Numbered from the stretch's first letter, positions 10,318 through 20,252 are shown. The stretch: 64,000 nucleotides of DNA from an uncultured Bacilli bacterium (GCA_934096105.1 CAKOLH010000001.1:13178-77177), one strand, 5' to 3'. The notes: a model not told the origin generated them from the sequence alone. Program-made: numbers and translations.

Positions 10318-10387
10318 CTTATATATAATAGACTATTTTATAGACTTTAGGCTATAAAATACTAGTTAAGACCTTAGGCTTAACTAG
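10318..10387 (+). repeat. Interspersed structured repeat, copy A (left module truncated)
   Basis: cttatatataatagac, then hairpin tattttatag-actttagg-ctataaaata, then hairpin ctagttaag-accttagg-cttaactag. Confidence 0.8.
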
Positions 10388-10461
10388 CATAAATAAAGAA
10401 AATTTATTGAATCTTTCTCTTTTATGTGGTATATTTATTATGATAGATAGGTGATTGATAG

Positions 10462-11730
10462 ATGAATATAATTGATATAATATTAAAGAAGAAAAATAAA
10501 GAAATACTTACTGAAGAGGAAATTAAATATGTAGTGGAAAACTTTGATAATGGTAATATTAAGGATTATCAAATGTCAGCATTACTTATGGCTATTGTTA
10601 TTAATGATATGACTGATGAAGAAGTTATATATCTTACTAAATATATGATTCAGTCAGGTAGTAGAATAAATTTAAGTAATTTAAATAATGTAGTGGATAA
10701 ACATTCTACTGGTGGTGTAGGAGATAAAACTACTTTAATTATATCGCCAATTGTAGCTTCACTTGGATGTAGAGTCGCTAAAATGAGTGGTAGGGGGCTT
10801 GGATATACAGGAGGTACTATTGATAAATTAGAAAGTATACCAGGTTTTAATGTTAACTTGAGTATGGATAATTTTATTAAAGAAATAAGTGATATTGGTA
10901 TGGCTATTACTAGTCAAACTGAAGATGTCGCTAAAGCAGATAAAAAAATATATGCTTTAAGAGATGTAACAGGAACTACTGAAAGTATTCCACTTATTGC
11001 TTCTTCAATTATGAGTAAAAAGATAGCATCTGGTTCTAAGAATTTAGTTCTTGATATTAAAATAGGGGAAGGTGCTTTAATTAAAGATATTGATTCTGGT
11101 AGAAGACTTGCTAATCTTATGATTAAGATAGGTAAAGGAAATGATATGAGGGTAGTATGCTTACTTACTAATATGGATATTCCTTTAGGTAATAATATTG
11201 GTAATTCTTTAGAAGTACTTGAGGCTATTAATACTTTGTATTATAATCCTAATAATAATTTAAATAAACTATGTATAGAACTTGCTAGTTATATGGTAAG
11301 TTTAGGTCTTAATATTAATTATGAAGAAGCTAAAGAAAAGGTATTAGAAAGCATTTCTTCAAGAAAAGCATATAATAAATTATTAGAATTTGTTAGTTAT
11401 CAAGGTGGTAATATTAATGAACTACCTAAGAGTAATTATATATATGAAGTAAAAAGTAATAAAGAAGGATATTTAACTAATATTCATTCTTTAGAGATAG
11501 CTAAACTATCTAGTAGTTTAGGCTCTGGTAGAAAGAATAAAGAAGATAAGATAGATTATTCTGCGGGTATTATTATAAATAAAAATATTAATGATAAAGT
11601 TAATGTTGGTGATACAGTACTTACTTTATATACTAATAGAAAAGTACCTAGTATAGATAAAGATAAATTATTTACTATTGATAATAATATTAATAATGAT
11701 ATTAAATTAATATATGAAGTGATTAAATAA
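10462..11730 (+). CDS. pdp: Pyrimidine-nucleoside (thymidine) phosphorylase
   Basis: DYQMSALLMAI, DKHSTGGVGDKTTL, KMSGRGLGYTGGTIDKLESIPG, LRDVTGTTESIPLIASSIMSKK. Confidence 0.9.
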   Translation: MNIIDIILKKKNKEILTEEEIKYVVENFDNGNIKDYQMSALLMAIVINDMTDEEVIYLTKYMIQSGSRINLSNLNNVVDKHSTGGVGDKTTLIISPIVASLGCRVAKMSGRGLGYTGGTIDKLESIPGFNVNLSMDNFIKEISDIGMAITSQTEDVAKADKKIYALRDVTGTTESIPLIASSIMSKKIASGSKNLVLDIKIGEGALIKDIDSGRRLANLMIKIGKGNDMRVVCLLTNMDIPLGNNIGNSLEVLEAINTLYYNPNNNLNKLCIELASYMVSLGLNINYEEAKEKVLESISSRKAYNKLLEFVSYQGGNINELPKSNYIYEVKSNKEGYLTNIHSLEIAKLSSSLGSGRKNKEDKIDYSAGIIINKNINDKVNVGDTVLTLYTNRKVPSIDKDKLFTIDNNINNDIKLIYEVIK

Positions 11731-11785
11731 TATTTACAAAATGGATAAATTATAGTATGATATTAAACATGAAAGAAGGTATAAA

Positions 11786-13162
11786 ATGGAAAAGATGACT
11801 ATGGATAAATTAGTTAATTTTTGTAAACAATATGGATTTATATTTCAGGGTAGTGAAATATATGGAGGACTTGCTAATACTTGGGATTTTGGCCCAGTAG
11901 GAGCACTTTTAAAAGATAATGTAAAGAAGGCTTGGACTAAGAAGTTTATTCAAGAAGATGAAAATAATGTTGGACTAGATAGTGCTATACTTATGAATCC
12001 TAAAACTTGGGAAGCCTCTGGTCATTTAAAGACCTTCTCTGACCCATTAATTGACTGCAGAGAATGTAAGACAAGACATAGAGCGGATAATCTTATTAAT
12101 GATTATTCTAAGAGTTTAATCGGAGACTCTATGACTCAAGATGAAATGATGGAGTATATCAAAGAAAATAAGGTACCATGTCCTAAATGTGGTAAGAGTA
12201 ATTTTACAGATATTAGACAGTTTAATTTGATGTTTAAAACATTTCAAGGTGTTACTGAAGATGCTAAATCTACAATATACTTAAGACCTGAGACTGCTCA
12301 AGGTATATTTGTTAACTTTTTAAATGTTCAAAGAAGTATGAGACTTAAGGTTCCTTTTGGTATAGGTCAAGTTGGTAAATCTTTTAGAAATGAGATTACT
12401 CCTGGTAACTTTATATTTAGAGTAAGAGAGTTTGAACAAATGGAACTTGAATTCTTCTGCAAGCCTGGTACTGAACTTGATTGGCATAAGTATTATAAAG
12501 AATACTGCTACAACTACTTATTGTCATTAGGTATTGATAAAGATAAATTAAGACTTAGAGACCACTCTAAAGAAGAATTATCTTTCTATAGTAATGCTAC
12601 TACTGATATTGAGTATTTATTCCCATTTGGATGGGGTGAATTATGGGGTATTGCTTCAAGAACTGATTATGATTTGACTTGTCATCAAAAGGTATCTGGT
12701 AAATCTATGGAGTATTTAGATCCTGAGACTAATGAAAGATATATTCCTTATGTTATTGAACCATCAGTTGGAGTAGAGAGAACATTCTTAACAGTATTAT
12801 GTGATGCATATCACGAAGAAGAATTAGAAGATGGTACAACAAGAGAAGTTATGAAATTTCATCATTATTTAGCACCTTATAAGGCTTGTATACTTCCATT
12901 AGTAAAAAAATATCATAGTGAAAAAGCTATGGAAATATATAAGAAATTATCTAAATCATTTATGGTTACTTATGATGAATCTGGTAGTATTGGTAAAAGA
13001 TATAGAAGAGAAGATGCTATGGGTACTCCTTACTGTATAACTATTGATGAAGAAACTATTAATAATGGTACTGTTACTATTAGAGATAGGGATACTATGG
13101 AGCAGACTACTATTAAAGTAGAAGATATAGAAAAATATATTGAAGAAAGAATAAAATTCTAG
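11786..13162 (+). CDS. glyQS: Glycine--tRNA ligase (single-chain alpha2 type)
   Basis: [72 protein letters not shown]. Confidence 0.93.
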   Translation: MEKMTMDKLVNFCKQYGFIFQGSEIYGGLANTWDFGPVGALLKDNVKKAWTKKFIQEDENNVGLDSAILMNPKTWEASGHLKTFSDPLIDCRECKTRHRADNLINDYSKSLIGDSMTQDEMMEYIKENKVPCPKCGKSNFTDIRQFNLMFKTFQGVTEDAKSTIYLRPETAQGIFVNFLNVQRSMRLKVPFGIGQVGKSFRNEITPGNFIFRVREFEQMELEFFCKPGTELDWHKYYKEYCYNYLLSLGIDKDKLRLRDHSKEELSFYSNATTDIEYLFPFGWGELWGIASRTDYDLTCHQKVSGKSMEYLDPETNERYIPYVIEPSVGVERTFLTVLCDAYHEEELEDGTTREVMKFHHYLAPYKACILPLVKKYHSEKAMEIYKKLSKSFMVTYDESGSIGKRYRREDAMGTPYCITIDEETINNGTVTIRDRDTMEQTTIKVEDIEKYIEERIKF

Positions 13163-13246
13163 ATATTTCGAGAAAATTCTTTCTTTTTCTTTACATTGTT
13201 ACTTTTTATATGCTATAATTAGTATGAAAATAGTAGGTGACAGATA

Positions 13247-14188
13247 GTGGAAGGAAAAAATAGATTAATTACTTTATATATAGAAAACAAGGTTAAAGAA
13301 TTAGAAAATATGTCTATGTTTGTTTCTAAAGATAATGTACAAAAGGTTATTAATAACTTTCTTAATAGAAATGAAGATATAGAAATAATTAAAACTAAGA
13401 TAGATACTATTTTTAATAACAGTATTAGTGCTTATAAAGAAAACTTAGAAAAAATGGGATATACTTATGATGAAATAATGAAAGTATATGATAAAGTTGT
13501 TAAACTTAATAAGACAAGGGCTAAACTTTATTTAATGGGTGGTATTGTTCCTTATGTTTTACTTAATGATAGAACAGGTCGTAGACATGAAAGTCTAGAT
13601 TTACTTTGTGATAAGAAAGATGTTGAGCAATTAAGAGAATTATTTCGTAAGGAAGATTTATATGACCCTAAGAGAGATAGTTTAACTTATACCATTAATA
13701 ATATTGATTATGGTTTTCAGGTAATTGTTGATAAAATTAAAGTTAATATATTTGTATTTGAAGAAACTGATAAAGGAATAACAGAGTATACTTTTGACTG
13801 CAAGAAAAAGATTGGTAGAATTAAGAGTATAGCCGCTAAAATGAATGATTATATTATGCCTTATGTTACTTCAGATAATAAGAAATATACGACAGTATCT
13901 TTGGAGTTTGTAGTAGCGGATAAACTTCTAACTAATAGAGAAAAAGATAAGATAGATATTGAAAAAGTTAAAGAATGTAATGGTATGAGTAGTGAAAAGA
14001 TAAAAAAACTTCCTTTACCAGTAGTTAAAGAAGTTAGATTAATTGGAGATAATCTTGAATTTACTAGTACTATGCCAAGAATTAAACTTGATGTTCCTAA
14101 AAAGAAAAGAAGTAATGGCTTTATTAATATTGGTACAATACTTCTACTCATTGCTATAGTGGTAGCTATTATATTAACTAATAGATAA
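13247..14188 (+). CDS. Hypothetical protein with a nucleotidyltransferase-fold-like core and a C-terminal TM anchor
   Basis: LYLMGGIVPYVLL..RRHESLDLL resembles a minimal NTase G-G...D-x-D region. Hydrophobic tail is INIGTILLLIAIVVAIIL. Start is uncertain (GTG at 13247 or ATG at 13310). Confidence 0.4.
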   Translation: MEGKNRLITLYIENKVKELENMSMFVSKDNVQKVINNFLNRNEDIEIIKTKIDTIFNNSISAYKENLEKMGYTYDEIMKVYDKVVKLNKTRAKLYLMGGIVPYVLLNDRTGRRHESLDLLCDKKDVEQLRELFRKEDLYDPKRDSLTYTINNIDYGFQVIVDKIKVNIFVFEETDKGITEYTFDCKKKIGRIKSIAAKMNDYIMPYVTSDNKKYTTVSLEFVVADKLLTNREKDKIDIEKVKECNGMSSEKIKKLPLPVVKEVRLIGDNLEFTSTMPRIKLDVPKKKRSNGFINIGTILLLIAIVVAIILTNR

Positions 14189-14193
14189 ACTTA

Positions 14194-14226
14194 AATAGAC
14201 CTTGAAAAAGTCTATTTTTTATTTTA
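14194..14226 (+). terminator. Rho-independent terminator
   Basis: aatagac-cttgaaaaa-gtctatt followed by a T run. It lies inside the 5' end of the 14202 track ORF, which argues for the 14247 start. Confidence 0.6.
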
Positions 14227-14246
14227 TAATATCTAATGTGATTTAT

Positions 14247-15140
14247 ATGGAAGAACTATTTAATAAATGTAATATTTGCCCTAGAGAATGTAATGTAAAT
14301 AGGAATAATGGTGAACTTGGTTACTGTGGGGCATCTAATAAGATTAAGATAGGCGGTTATCATTTACATATGTGGGAAGAACCTATTATTACTGGTAAGA
14401 AGGGCTCTGGTACAATATTTTTTTCTTATTGCAATTTAAGATGTATTTATTGTCAAAACTATGACATTAGTATTAATAATAATGGCGCGGAAATAAGTAT
14501 TGAAAGATTTAGTGATATATGTCTTTTACTTCAAGAAATGGGGGCTGAAAATATTAATTTAGTTACTCCTAGCCACTATATACCATTAATTAGAGATGGT
14601 CTTATTATGGCTAAGAAGAAGGGACTTATTATACCGATAGTATATAATACTTCAGGGTATGAAAAGGTAAGTAGTTTGAAATTACTTGATGGTCTTGTTG
14701 ATATTTATTTACCTGATTTTAAGTATTATGACAAAGAATTAAATAAATATTCTAATGTTAATAATTATTTTGAGATTACTAGTGAGGCTTTAAAAGAAAT
14801 GTATAGACAGGTAGGCAAACCAGTAATTAAGAAAGGTATAATGAAAAGGGGAGTTATTGTTAGACATTTGGTATTACCTAGTCATATTGAAGATTCTAAA
14901 ATGGTTATTAAGTATTTATTTGATAACTATGGTAATAATATTTATCTTAGTATAATGAATCAGTATACTCCTGTTAGAAGATGTAAATATTTGGAACTTA
15001 ATAATAGAGTAAGTGAAGAAGAGTATGATGAGATTATAGACTATGCTTATGACCTTGGAGTAAGAAAATGTTTTGTACAGGATAAAGAAAGTCAAGAAGA
15101 AAGTTTTATTCCGGTATTTAAAGGAGATAGTGTTATTTAA
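14247..15140 (+). CDS. Radical SAM protein (PflX/PflA-activase-like)
   Basis: CNICPRECNVNR plus the CxxxCxxC motif YCNLRCIYCQNYDIS. Confidence 0.8.
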   Translation: MEELFNKCNICPRECNVNRNNGELGYCGASNKIKIGGYHLHMWEEPIITGKKGSGTIFFSYCNLRCIYCQNYDISINNNGAEISIERFSDICLLLQEMGAENINLVTPSHYIPLIRDGLIMAKKKGLIIPIVYNTSGYEKVSSLKLLDGLVDIYLPDFKYYDKELNKYSNVNNYFEITSEALKEMYRQVGKPVIKKGIMKRGVIVRHLVLPSHIEDSKMVIKYLFDNYGNNIYLSIMNQYTPVRRCKYLELNNRVSEEEYDEIIDYAYDLGVRKCFVQDKESQEESFIPVFKGDSVI

Positions 15141-15169
15141 ATCTTCTGATTGTAATTTGATAAATTTTA

Positions 15170-15198
15170 TTGCTTTTTTATTAAATTTATCATATAAT
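15170..15198 (+). promoter_or_regulatory. Sigma-A-type promoter of the antisense (antitoxin-like) RNA, locus 1
   Basis: TTGCTT, 17 nt spacer, TATAAT. Confidence 0.6.
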
Positions 15199-15204
15199 GT
15201 ATAT

Positions 15205-15309
15205 GAAAAGAGAAATTAGTCATAATAAAAATGGCTAACACCTATTTGGTAAGGTGTTCTCTTCAAACTATAGTTATCGGAGCAACCCCCTAAGGTGCCC
15301 CGATTTTTA
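15205..15309 (+). ncRNA. Candidate type I antitoxin antisense RNA, locus 1
   Basis: Lies downstream of the TTGCTT/TATAAT promoter. Ends in a GC-rich hairpin atcggagcaaccccctaaggtgccccgat plus a T run. Convergent with, and overlapping, the 3' UTR of the toxin mRNA. Confidence 0.55.
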
Positions 15310-15310
15310 T

Positions 15311-15388
15311 CTATTTTCTATGGCTACCTAGCACTATTATTGCTATGGTAACAAGAATAGTTAGAGCATATGCTATAACTAATTCCAT
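15311..15388 (-). CDS. Candidate type I toxin, 25 aa hydrophobic peptide MELVIAYALTILVTIAIIVLGSHRK
   Basis: ATG preceded by SD gggggaggagg. Single TM helix with a basic C-terminus. Near-identical paralog at 36468..36545. Confidence 0.6.
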   Translation of the reverse strand: MELVIAYALTILVTIAIIVLGSHRK

Positions 15389-15391
15389 CTA

Positions 15392-15436
15392 CTAATAACC
15401 TCCTCCCCCTAAGGTTAAGAAATTACTTTCTATCAT
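15392..15436 (-). CDS. Upstream mini-ORF (MIESNFLTLGGGGY) that spans the toxin SD
   Basis: Has its own SD (ggaaggagaggtg). Ends TAG TAG immediately before the toxin ATG. Translation is unproven. Confidence 0.35.
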   Translation of the reverse strand: MIESNFLTLGGGGY

Positions 15437-15510
15437 AAAATCACCTCTCCTTCCAAAGTAAATATACCCTAGAAAAAGAAGAGAACACCATAAGTATTAA
15501 CCACGCCAAC

Positions 15511-15540
15511 ATTATATACTAGTTTAAACATTATAGTCAA
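15511..15540 (-). promoter_or_regulatory. Sigma-A-type promoter of the toxin mRNA, locus 1
   Basis: On the minus strand: TTGACT, 18 nt spacer, TATAAT. The locus 3 promoter and leader (gttggcgtggttaatacttatggtgttctc) are nearly identical. Confidence 0.6.
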
Positions 15541-15595
15541 GATAATATGACTATTTTTTAATTATTTTTATAATATAAATATCTGTTATATTTTT

Positions 15596-15700
15596 TTGTA
15601 TATAGTCATGGCTTATATATGATAGATGCTGCTGGTATATTGTTATTAGACTACAGGCTAATAACAACACTGAAAGACTTATAAAATAAGGCTTGAAGTG
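15596..15700 (+). repeat. Interspersed structured repeat, copy B
   Basis: ttgtatatagtcatggcttatatatgatagatg..., then hairpin ttgttattag-actacagg-ctaataacaa, then hairpin cactgaaag-...-cttgaagtg. Confidence 0.85.
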
Positions 15701-15720
15701 CCAAAAGCATAAAAAAATAT

Positions 15721-15750
15721 TTGACAATACTAGTATTTTTGTGGTATAAT
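15721..15750 (+). promoter_or_regulatory. Sigma-A promoter with extended -10
   Basis: TTGACA, 18 nt spacer, TGgTATAAT, upstream of the 15787 gene. Confidence 0.6.
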
Positions 15751-15786
15751 CGAAATACATTCGTTTGAACTAGGGGGATGGTTAAA

Positions 15787-16209
15787 ATGAAGAATAGTTT
15801 TGTTATTGAATATCTAAATGAGAACGAATTTAGAAAAAAAGAACGTGCTGTTAAGAAATATAATATGCTTGCTTATAAGAAGTTAGTTTTTGATTTTTAT
15901 CCATCATTTAGAGATGGTGATTTCAAGGGTATAGTGGTATCAAAGAATACTAAAGATATGATTACTAAGTATGAACTTAAACTTCCTACTGATAGGATGT
16001 TTGCTAAAGTACATGGTGATGTTGTACTTCATTATACGGTGTATGAGAATCAAAAATTGGTAATGCTTGATACTTTAACTCCAGAGGATATTTTGACTGA
16101 GGGACATCAAAAGGAACTTTCTACTTATAAGGGAGTAATGGTATCTAAGTCTCATGCTGAGAGAGATATGTTTAAGATTAATCTTCTTAATATGTTAGAT
16201 AATAAATAG
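15787..16209 (+). CDS. Hypothetical protein
   Basis: ORF with RBS aggggga. The ATG at 15787 has better spacing than 15778. No motif recognised. Confidence 0.5.
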   Translation: MKNSFVIEYLNENEFRKKERAVKKYNMLAYKKLVFDFYPSFRDGDFKGIVVSKNTKDMITKYELKLPTDRMFAKVHGDVVLHYTVYENQKLVMLDTLTPEDILTEGHQKELSTYKGVMVSKSHAERDMFKINLLNMLDNK

Positions 16210-16279
16210 AAGCACGATATGCTTCTTTTTAATTAATTATGATATTGTATTTTTAATAAAATAATACTGAGGTGTAATA

Positions 16280-16777
16280 ATGAAAACTGGTAATGATGAT
16301 ATAGAATATATGGAAATTGTTAGTGAAATATTAAAGAATAGAGAGTTTAATAAGTTAAAGGATTGTACCCATCATAAGACTACTAGACTGGAGCACTCTA
16401 AGAGGGTGGCTTATTTATCGTATAGAATATGTAAGAAACTAGATTTGGATTATGTTAGTGCCGCTAGAGGGGGAATGTTACATGATTTCTTTTTAAATAA
16501 GTATACTGCTAAAAATACTAATAAGCTAATTAGAAATCATCCTAAGATAGCAAGTACTAATGCTAAGAAACATTTTAATCTTAATAAGAAGGAAATTAAT
16601 ATTATTGAGAGTCATATGTTTCCAATGGTTGTTAAGGTTAAACCTAAGTATAAGGAAAGTTATGTTGTTGCTTTTGCTGATAAACTTGTTTGGGGATATG
16701 AAAAGTTTGTTAGATACTGCAAGGAAATTAGTTTTGAACTGGGTAAATCTTATATATATTTATCTAGAGATATATAA
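16280..16777 (+). CDS. HD-domain phosphohydrolase
   Basis: RLEHSKRVAYLSYRI...GGMLHDFF (H...HD). Confidence 0.75.
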   Translation: MKTGNDDIEYMEIVSEILKNREFNKLKDCTHHKTTRLEHSKRVAYLSYRICKKLDLDYVSAARGGMLHDFFLNKYTAKNTNKLIRNHPKIASTNAKKHFNLNKKEINIIESHMFPMVVKVKPKYKESYVVAFADKLVWGYEKFVRYCKEISFELGKSYIYLSRDI

Positions 16778-16887
16778 TTAAAGGGCATAAAATGGGTATA
16801 AAATAATTTTATGCTTTTTTTGTATTTTTTTGGTAAAAAAATGTATAAATATGTTATACTAATATTATGAGAAAATGGAGTGATAAA

Positions 16888-18558
16888 ATGGGTGAAAAAA
16901 GAAGGAAAAAAAGAAGAGTTAATCCAGTAAAGGTAGGTATTGCAATTGGTATTCCTGCTATTATTGTGGTGTTAGCGGTGTTACTACTTGGAAAAGGTAA
17001 AGATATTATTAGTAAGGAAGCTATGTATTTGGCTTCTAGTGATAAGGTAGTAAAACTTTATATTCAGGATGATGATGGTAATTTTAAGGAAGATAAGGAC
17101 TTGGTAAGAGGTACTAAGGTAAGTAGTTATAAGGATACTGTTACTAAGGATAATAAGTCTTATACGAAGATTGATTATGATAAGAGTATTTATTATGTTG
17201 ATAGTGGTAGTTTGGTTAAAGATGCAAAAAGTGCTGTTTTAGAAAAGGTTAAGTATGTTAGAACTTCGGTTACGGTATATCAAAATAGTGAGGACTCAAA
17301 GATTGAATCTTTTATTAAGAAGGGTAATAAACTTGATGTAACTGATTATGATAAACTTCTTGAGGATGGCTCTGTTAATATGTATAAGATTAAGAGTGAT
17401 AACACAGAAGGATGGGTATATGGTAAGTACTTGGTTAATGAAGAAGAAGCCGCTAATGAGGTATATAATGAGAACTCTGTTTATGATACGCATAAGGACC
17501 GTAAGTATGGTTTGAGAGAGTTATATGGTGGTAAGGCATCTACTTTGGATTATTATCCTTATGAGAGAGTGGAGTTTGAGAATAATAAGCTTCTTAAAAG
17601 TGCCAAGGCAATGTATTTGAATGCGGGTACTATTGGGTCTATTGATAGTTATTTGAAGATTGCTAAAGAAAATGGTGTTAATGCAATAGTTGTTGATATT
17701 AAGGATGGAGCGCTTGCATATAGTTCTGAGGTGGCTAAAGAGATATCTCCAACGGCTTATAAAACCGCAATTAATGATAATAGTTTATATAAAGCCGCTA
17801 TTGATAAGATTAAAGAGGCTGGTATATATGCTATTGGTAGAATAGTGGTATTTAATGATACGCATTATGCTAAGGATCATCCGGAAGACTGTATTAATTC
17901 TACTGGATGGCCATCTGCTTATAGTAGAAATGTGTGGTATTATAATGTGGAACTTGCTAAAGAGGCTGCTAGAGAGATGGGATTTAATGAGATACAATTT
18001 GATTATGTTAGATTTCCAGAAAATGCTTATAATTTGTCAGTAGCAAAGGCTGACTTTAAAAATAAATATGATGAGGAAAAGGCTGAGACTGTACAGAATT
18101 TCTTATTTTATGCTACAGACCAGATACATAAAGAGGGTATATATTTATCGGTTGATGTATTTGGTGAATGTTCTAGTGAGTATGTAACAGCATATGGGCA
18201 ATATTGGCCGGCGATATCTAATATTGTTGATGCTATTAGTTCAATGCCTTATACGGACCATTTTGGTAGAAGTGTTGATACTTGGACTAATGCATATCAG
18301 ACAGTTAATAATTGGGCTAAAGGGGCTAGTGCAAGACAAAAAGAAATACCTACACCTGCAGTTGCTAGAACATGGATAACGGCTTATGATACTCCTTATT
18401 GGAATCCTAAGGTTATTTATAATGCTAGTAAGATTGAAGACCAGGTAAGGGCATTATATGATGCTGGATTGGATGGCGGATTTATTACTTGGAATTCAGC
18501 CTCTAGTTTGGCTAAGTATGAACAGATTAAGAGTGCATTTGCAAAGAATTATGGATAG
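16888..18558 (+). CDS. Membrane-anchored putative glycoside hydrolase-like TIM-barrel protein (DUF4015/GHL-type) with N-terminal SH3-like repeats
   Basis: KRRKKRR plus a TM helix; NAIVVDIKDG, IGRIVVFND, IQFDYVRFP. The ATG at 16888 has a GGAG RBS. Confidence 0.6.
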   Translation: MGEKRRKKRRVNPVKVGIAIGIPAIIVVLAVLLLGKGKDIISKEAMYLASSDKVVKLYIQDDDGNFKEDKDLVRGTKVSSYKDTVTKDNKSYTKIDYDKSIYYVDSGSLVKDAKSAVLEKVKYVRTSVTVYQNSEDSKIESFIKKGNKLDVTDYDKLLEDGSVNMYKIKSDNTEGWVYGKYLVNEEEAANEVYNENSVYDTHKDRKYGLRELYGGKASTLDYYPYERVEFENNKLLKSAKAMYLNAGTIGSIDSYLKIAKENGVNAIVVDIKDGALAYSSEVAKEISPTAYKTAINDNSLYKAAIDKIKEAGIYAIGRIVVFNDTHYAKDHPEDCINSTGWPSAYSRNVWYYNVELAKEAAREMGFNEIQFDYVRFPENAYNLSVAKADFKNKYDEEKAETVQNFLFYATDQIHKEGIYLSVDVFGECSSEYVTAYGQYWPAISNIVDAISSMPYTDHFGRSVDTWTNAYQTVNNWAKGASARQKEIPTPAVARTWITAYDTPYWNPKVIYNASKIEDQVRALYDAGLDGGFITWNSASSLAKYEQIKSAFAKNYG

Positions 18559-18566
18559 GAGACATT

Positions 18567-18845
18567 ATGAAATTTATTGAGGTGGAAAATAATAAGTATG
18601 AACTTATAAAGAATTATAAAGATGGGTTTGATTTAGATGAATTTACTAATCATTATACTGATTTCTTTAGTGATTATGATTATATAGTAGGTGATATTGC
18701 TTATGGTAAACTTAGATTAAAGGGCTTCTACGAAGAGACTAATAAGAAGGCTAAGAATATTAATAATTATAAATATTTGGATAAGTATTTGACAGATAAC
18801 TGTGCAGTGGACTGCAAGTACTTTGTGTTAAAGAGGGTTAAATAG
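18567..18845 (+). CDS. YutD-like protein (DUF1027)
   Basis: YELIKNYKDGFDLDEF...YDYIVGDIAYGKLRLKGF. Confidence 0.6.
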   Translation: MKFIEVENNKYELIKNYKDGFDLDEFTNHYTDFFSDYDYIVGDIAYGKLRLKGFYEETNKKAKNINNYKYLDKYLTDNCAVDCKYFVLKRVK

Positions 18846-19027
18846 TATTAAAAGAAAATAGACTAAAATAGGTCTATTTTCTTTATTTTTGTGGTTAACT
18901 ATTGATTAACAAAAATAATATTATCACTTTAAATCACTGATATTTATTTTTGACTAGTAATATGTTTTGTTTTGTGTTATTCTAAATAAGTCAACTTAAT
19001 TAGTTGAGGATAGGAAAGGGATACATA

Positions 19028-19717
19028 ATGCAAAAGATTTTTAAGGTTAGCAGTAAAAATAAAAAGAGTATAGTTCTATCTATTAAAAAGAAGAAACTAG
19101 TTAGACAAATAAAAAAGATTAATGTTGGTAATGAAATATTAATATTAAAGATTATTGAAAGTGGGGTACTTGATTCTAGTATAGTTAAGATTAATAATAA
19201 GTGTATATGTAGTAATGACAAACCGGTATTAAAAAGAGAATATGTTGATAGTTATAATCACTATATATATGTATTTGATAATTTTATTCATTACTTTTAT
19301 AATATTTTTAATTATAATATTGATTTAGAAGAAATAATTAGTGTTTGCTTGAATGATAATAGTGATGTTTTACTTTGTGATAAGTATGTATTTGATAATG
19401 ATAATATTAGATATTATAGAAGGGAGTATAATAAGATTATTATTGGTAATTTTTATTATAACATTCTTGTTTTTAAAGATGAATTAAATGAATATTTAAG
19501 GGACTTCTTTGCCGAGAATAAGAGATTAGATATTAATGATGATGAAACCGCTAGAAATGTATTAGAGCTTCTTAAGAATGTATATTTGTCTAATAGAGAG
19601 AAACATATGGCTTTATCTTTATTTATTAGAGTTACTGAAGATACTTATAAGTTTTATTTGGATGGTTTTGATTTTATGTTTTATTCATATTTTAATAAGA
19701 ATAAAAATAAAAACTAA
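19028..19717 (+). CDS. Hypothetical protein
   Basis: ORF with ATG at 19028 after ggaaaggga. Followed by bidirectional terminator aactaactac-ttaaaa-gtagttagtt. Confidence 0.5.
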   Translation: MQKIFKVSSKNKKSIVLSIKKKKLVRQIKKINVGNEILILKIIESGVLDSSIVKINNKCICSNDKPVLKREYVDSYNHYIYVFDNFIHYFYNIFNYNIDLEEIISVCLNDNSDVLLCDKYVFDNDNIRYYRREYNKIIIGNFYYNILVFKDELNEYLRDFFAENKRLDINDDETARNVLELLKNVYLSNREKHMALSLFIRVTEDTYKFYLDGFDFMFYSYFNKNKNKN

Positions 19718-19748
19718 CTACTTAAAAGTAGTTAGTTATTTTTTTAAA

Positions 19749-19824
19749 TGGTGCCCCGTTGGAGATTCGAACTCCAGACCCTTTGATTAAAAGTCAAATG
19801 CTCTACCGACTGAGCTAACGGAGC
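19749..19824 (-). tRNA. tRNA-Lys (anticodon TTT)
   Basis: Cloverleaf read by eye. Anticodon loop CTTTTAA, TPsiC arm GGAGTTCGAATCTCC, encoded 3' CCA. Confidence 0.9.
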
Positions 19825-19835
19825 AAAAAATTGAT

Positions 19836-19910
19836 TGGTTGCCTCGGCAAGATTCGAACTTACGAATGCCACAGTCAAAGTGTGGTGCCTTACCGCTTGG
19901 CTACGAGGCA
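19836..19910 (-). tRNA. tRNA-Gln (anticodon TTG)
   Basis: Anticodon stem-loop CCACA-CTTTGAC-TGTGG. Encoded CCA. Confidence 0.88.
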
Positions 19911-19919
19911 ATAATCAAG

Positions 19920-20003
19920 TGGTGGAGGGACATGGATTTGAACCATGGAACCCGAAGGAACAGATTTACAGTCTGCCGCGTTTGACCACTTCGCTATCCC
20001 TCC
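19920..20003 (-). tRNA. tRNA-Tyr (anticodon GTA), long variable arm
   Basis: Anticodon loop CTGTAAA, long extra arm, acceptor GGAGGGA/TCCCTCC, encoded CCA. Confidence 0.88.
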
Positions 20004-20011
20004 AAAAAAAA

Positions 20012-20087
<76 letters not shown>

Positions 20088-20096
20088 ATAAATAAA

Positions 20097-20173
20097 TGGT
20101 GGGCGATATAGGACTCGAACCTATGACCCCTTGCTTGTAAGGCAAGTGCTCTAACCAACTGAGCTAATCGCCC
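20097..20173 (-). tRNA. tRNA-Val (anticodon TAC)
   Basis: Anticodon loop CTTACAA, acceptor GGGCGAT/ATCGCCC, encoded CCA. Confidence 0.9.
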
Positions 20174-20252
20174 ATATCATCTCTGGACAATCAATAATAT
20201 ACCATTTATTTATGGCGTTTGTCAAGAGATTTGGCAACATTTTTTACTTTTT

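Noticed and set aside
11731-11785. T-box leader upstream of glyQS
   Set aside because: The intergenic gap is only about 55 nt. That is too short for a T-box, and no specifier or T-box sequence is visible.
15551-15760. 69-aa minus-strand ORF
   Set aside because: It spans repeat copy B and the promoter of the 15787 gene, has no RBS, and its sequence is low complexity. It is better explained as non-coding.
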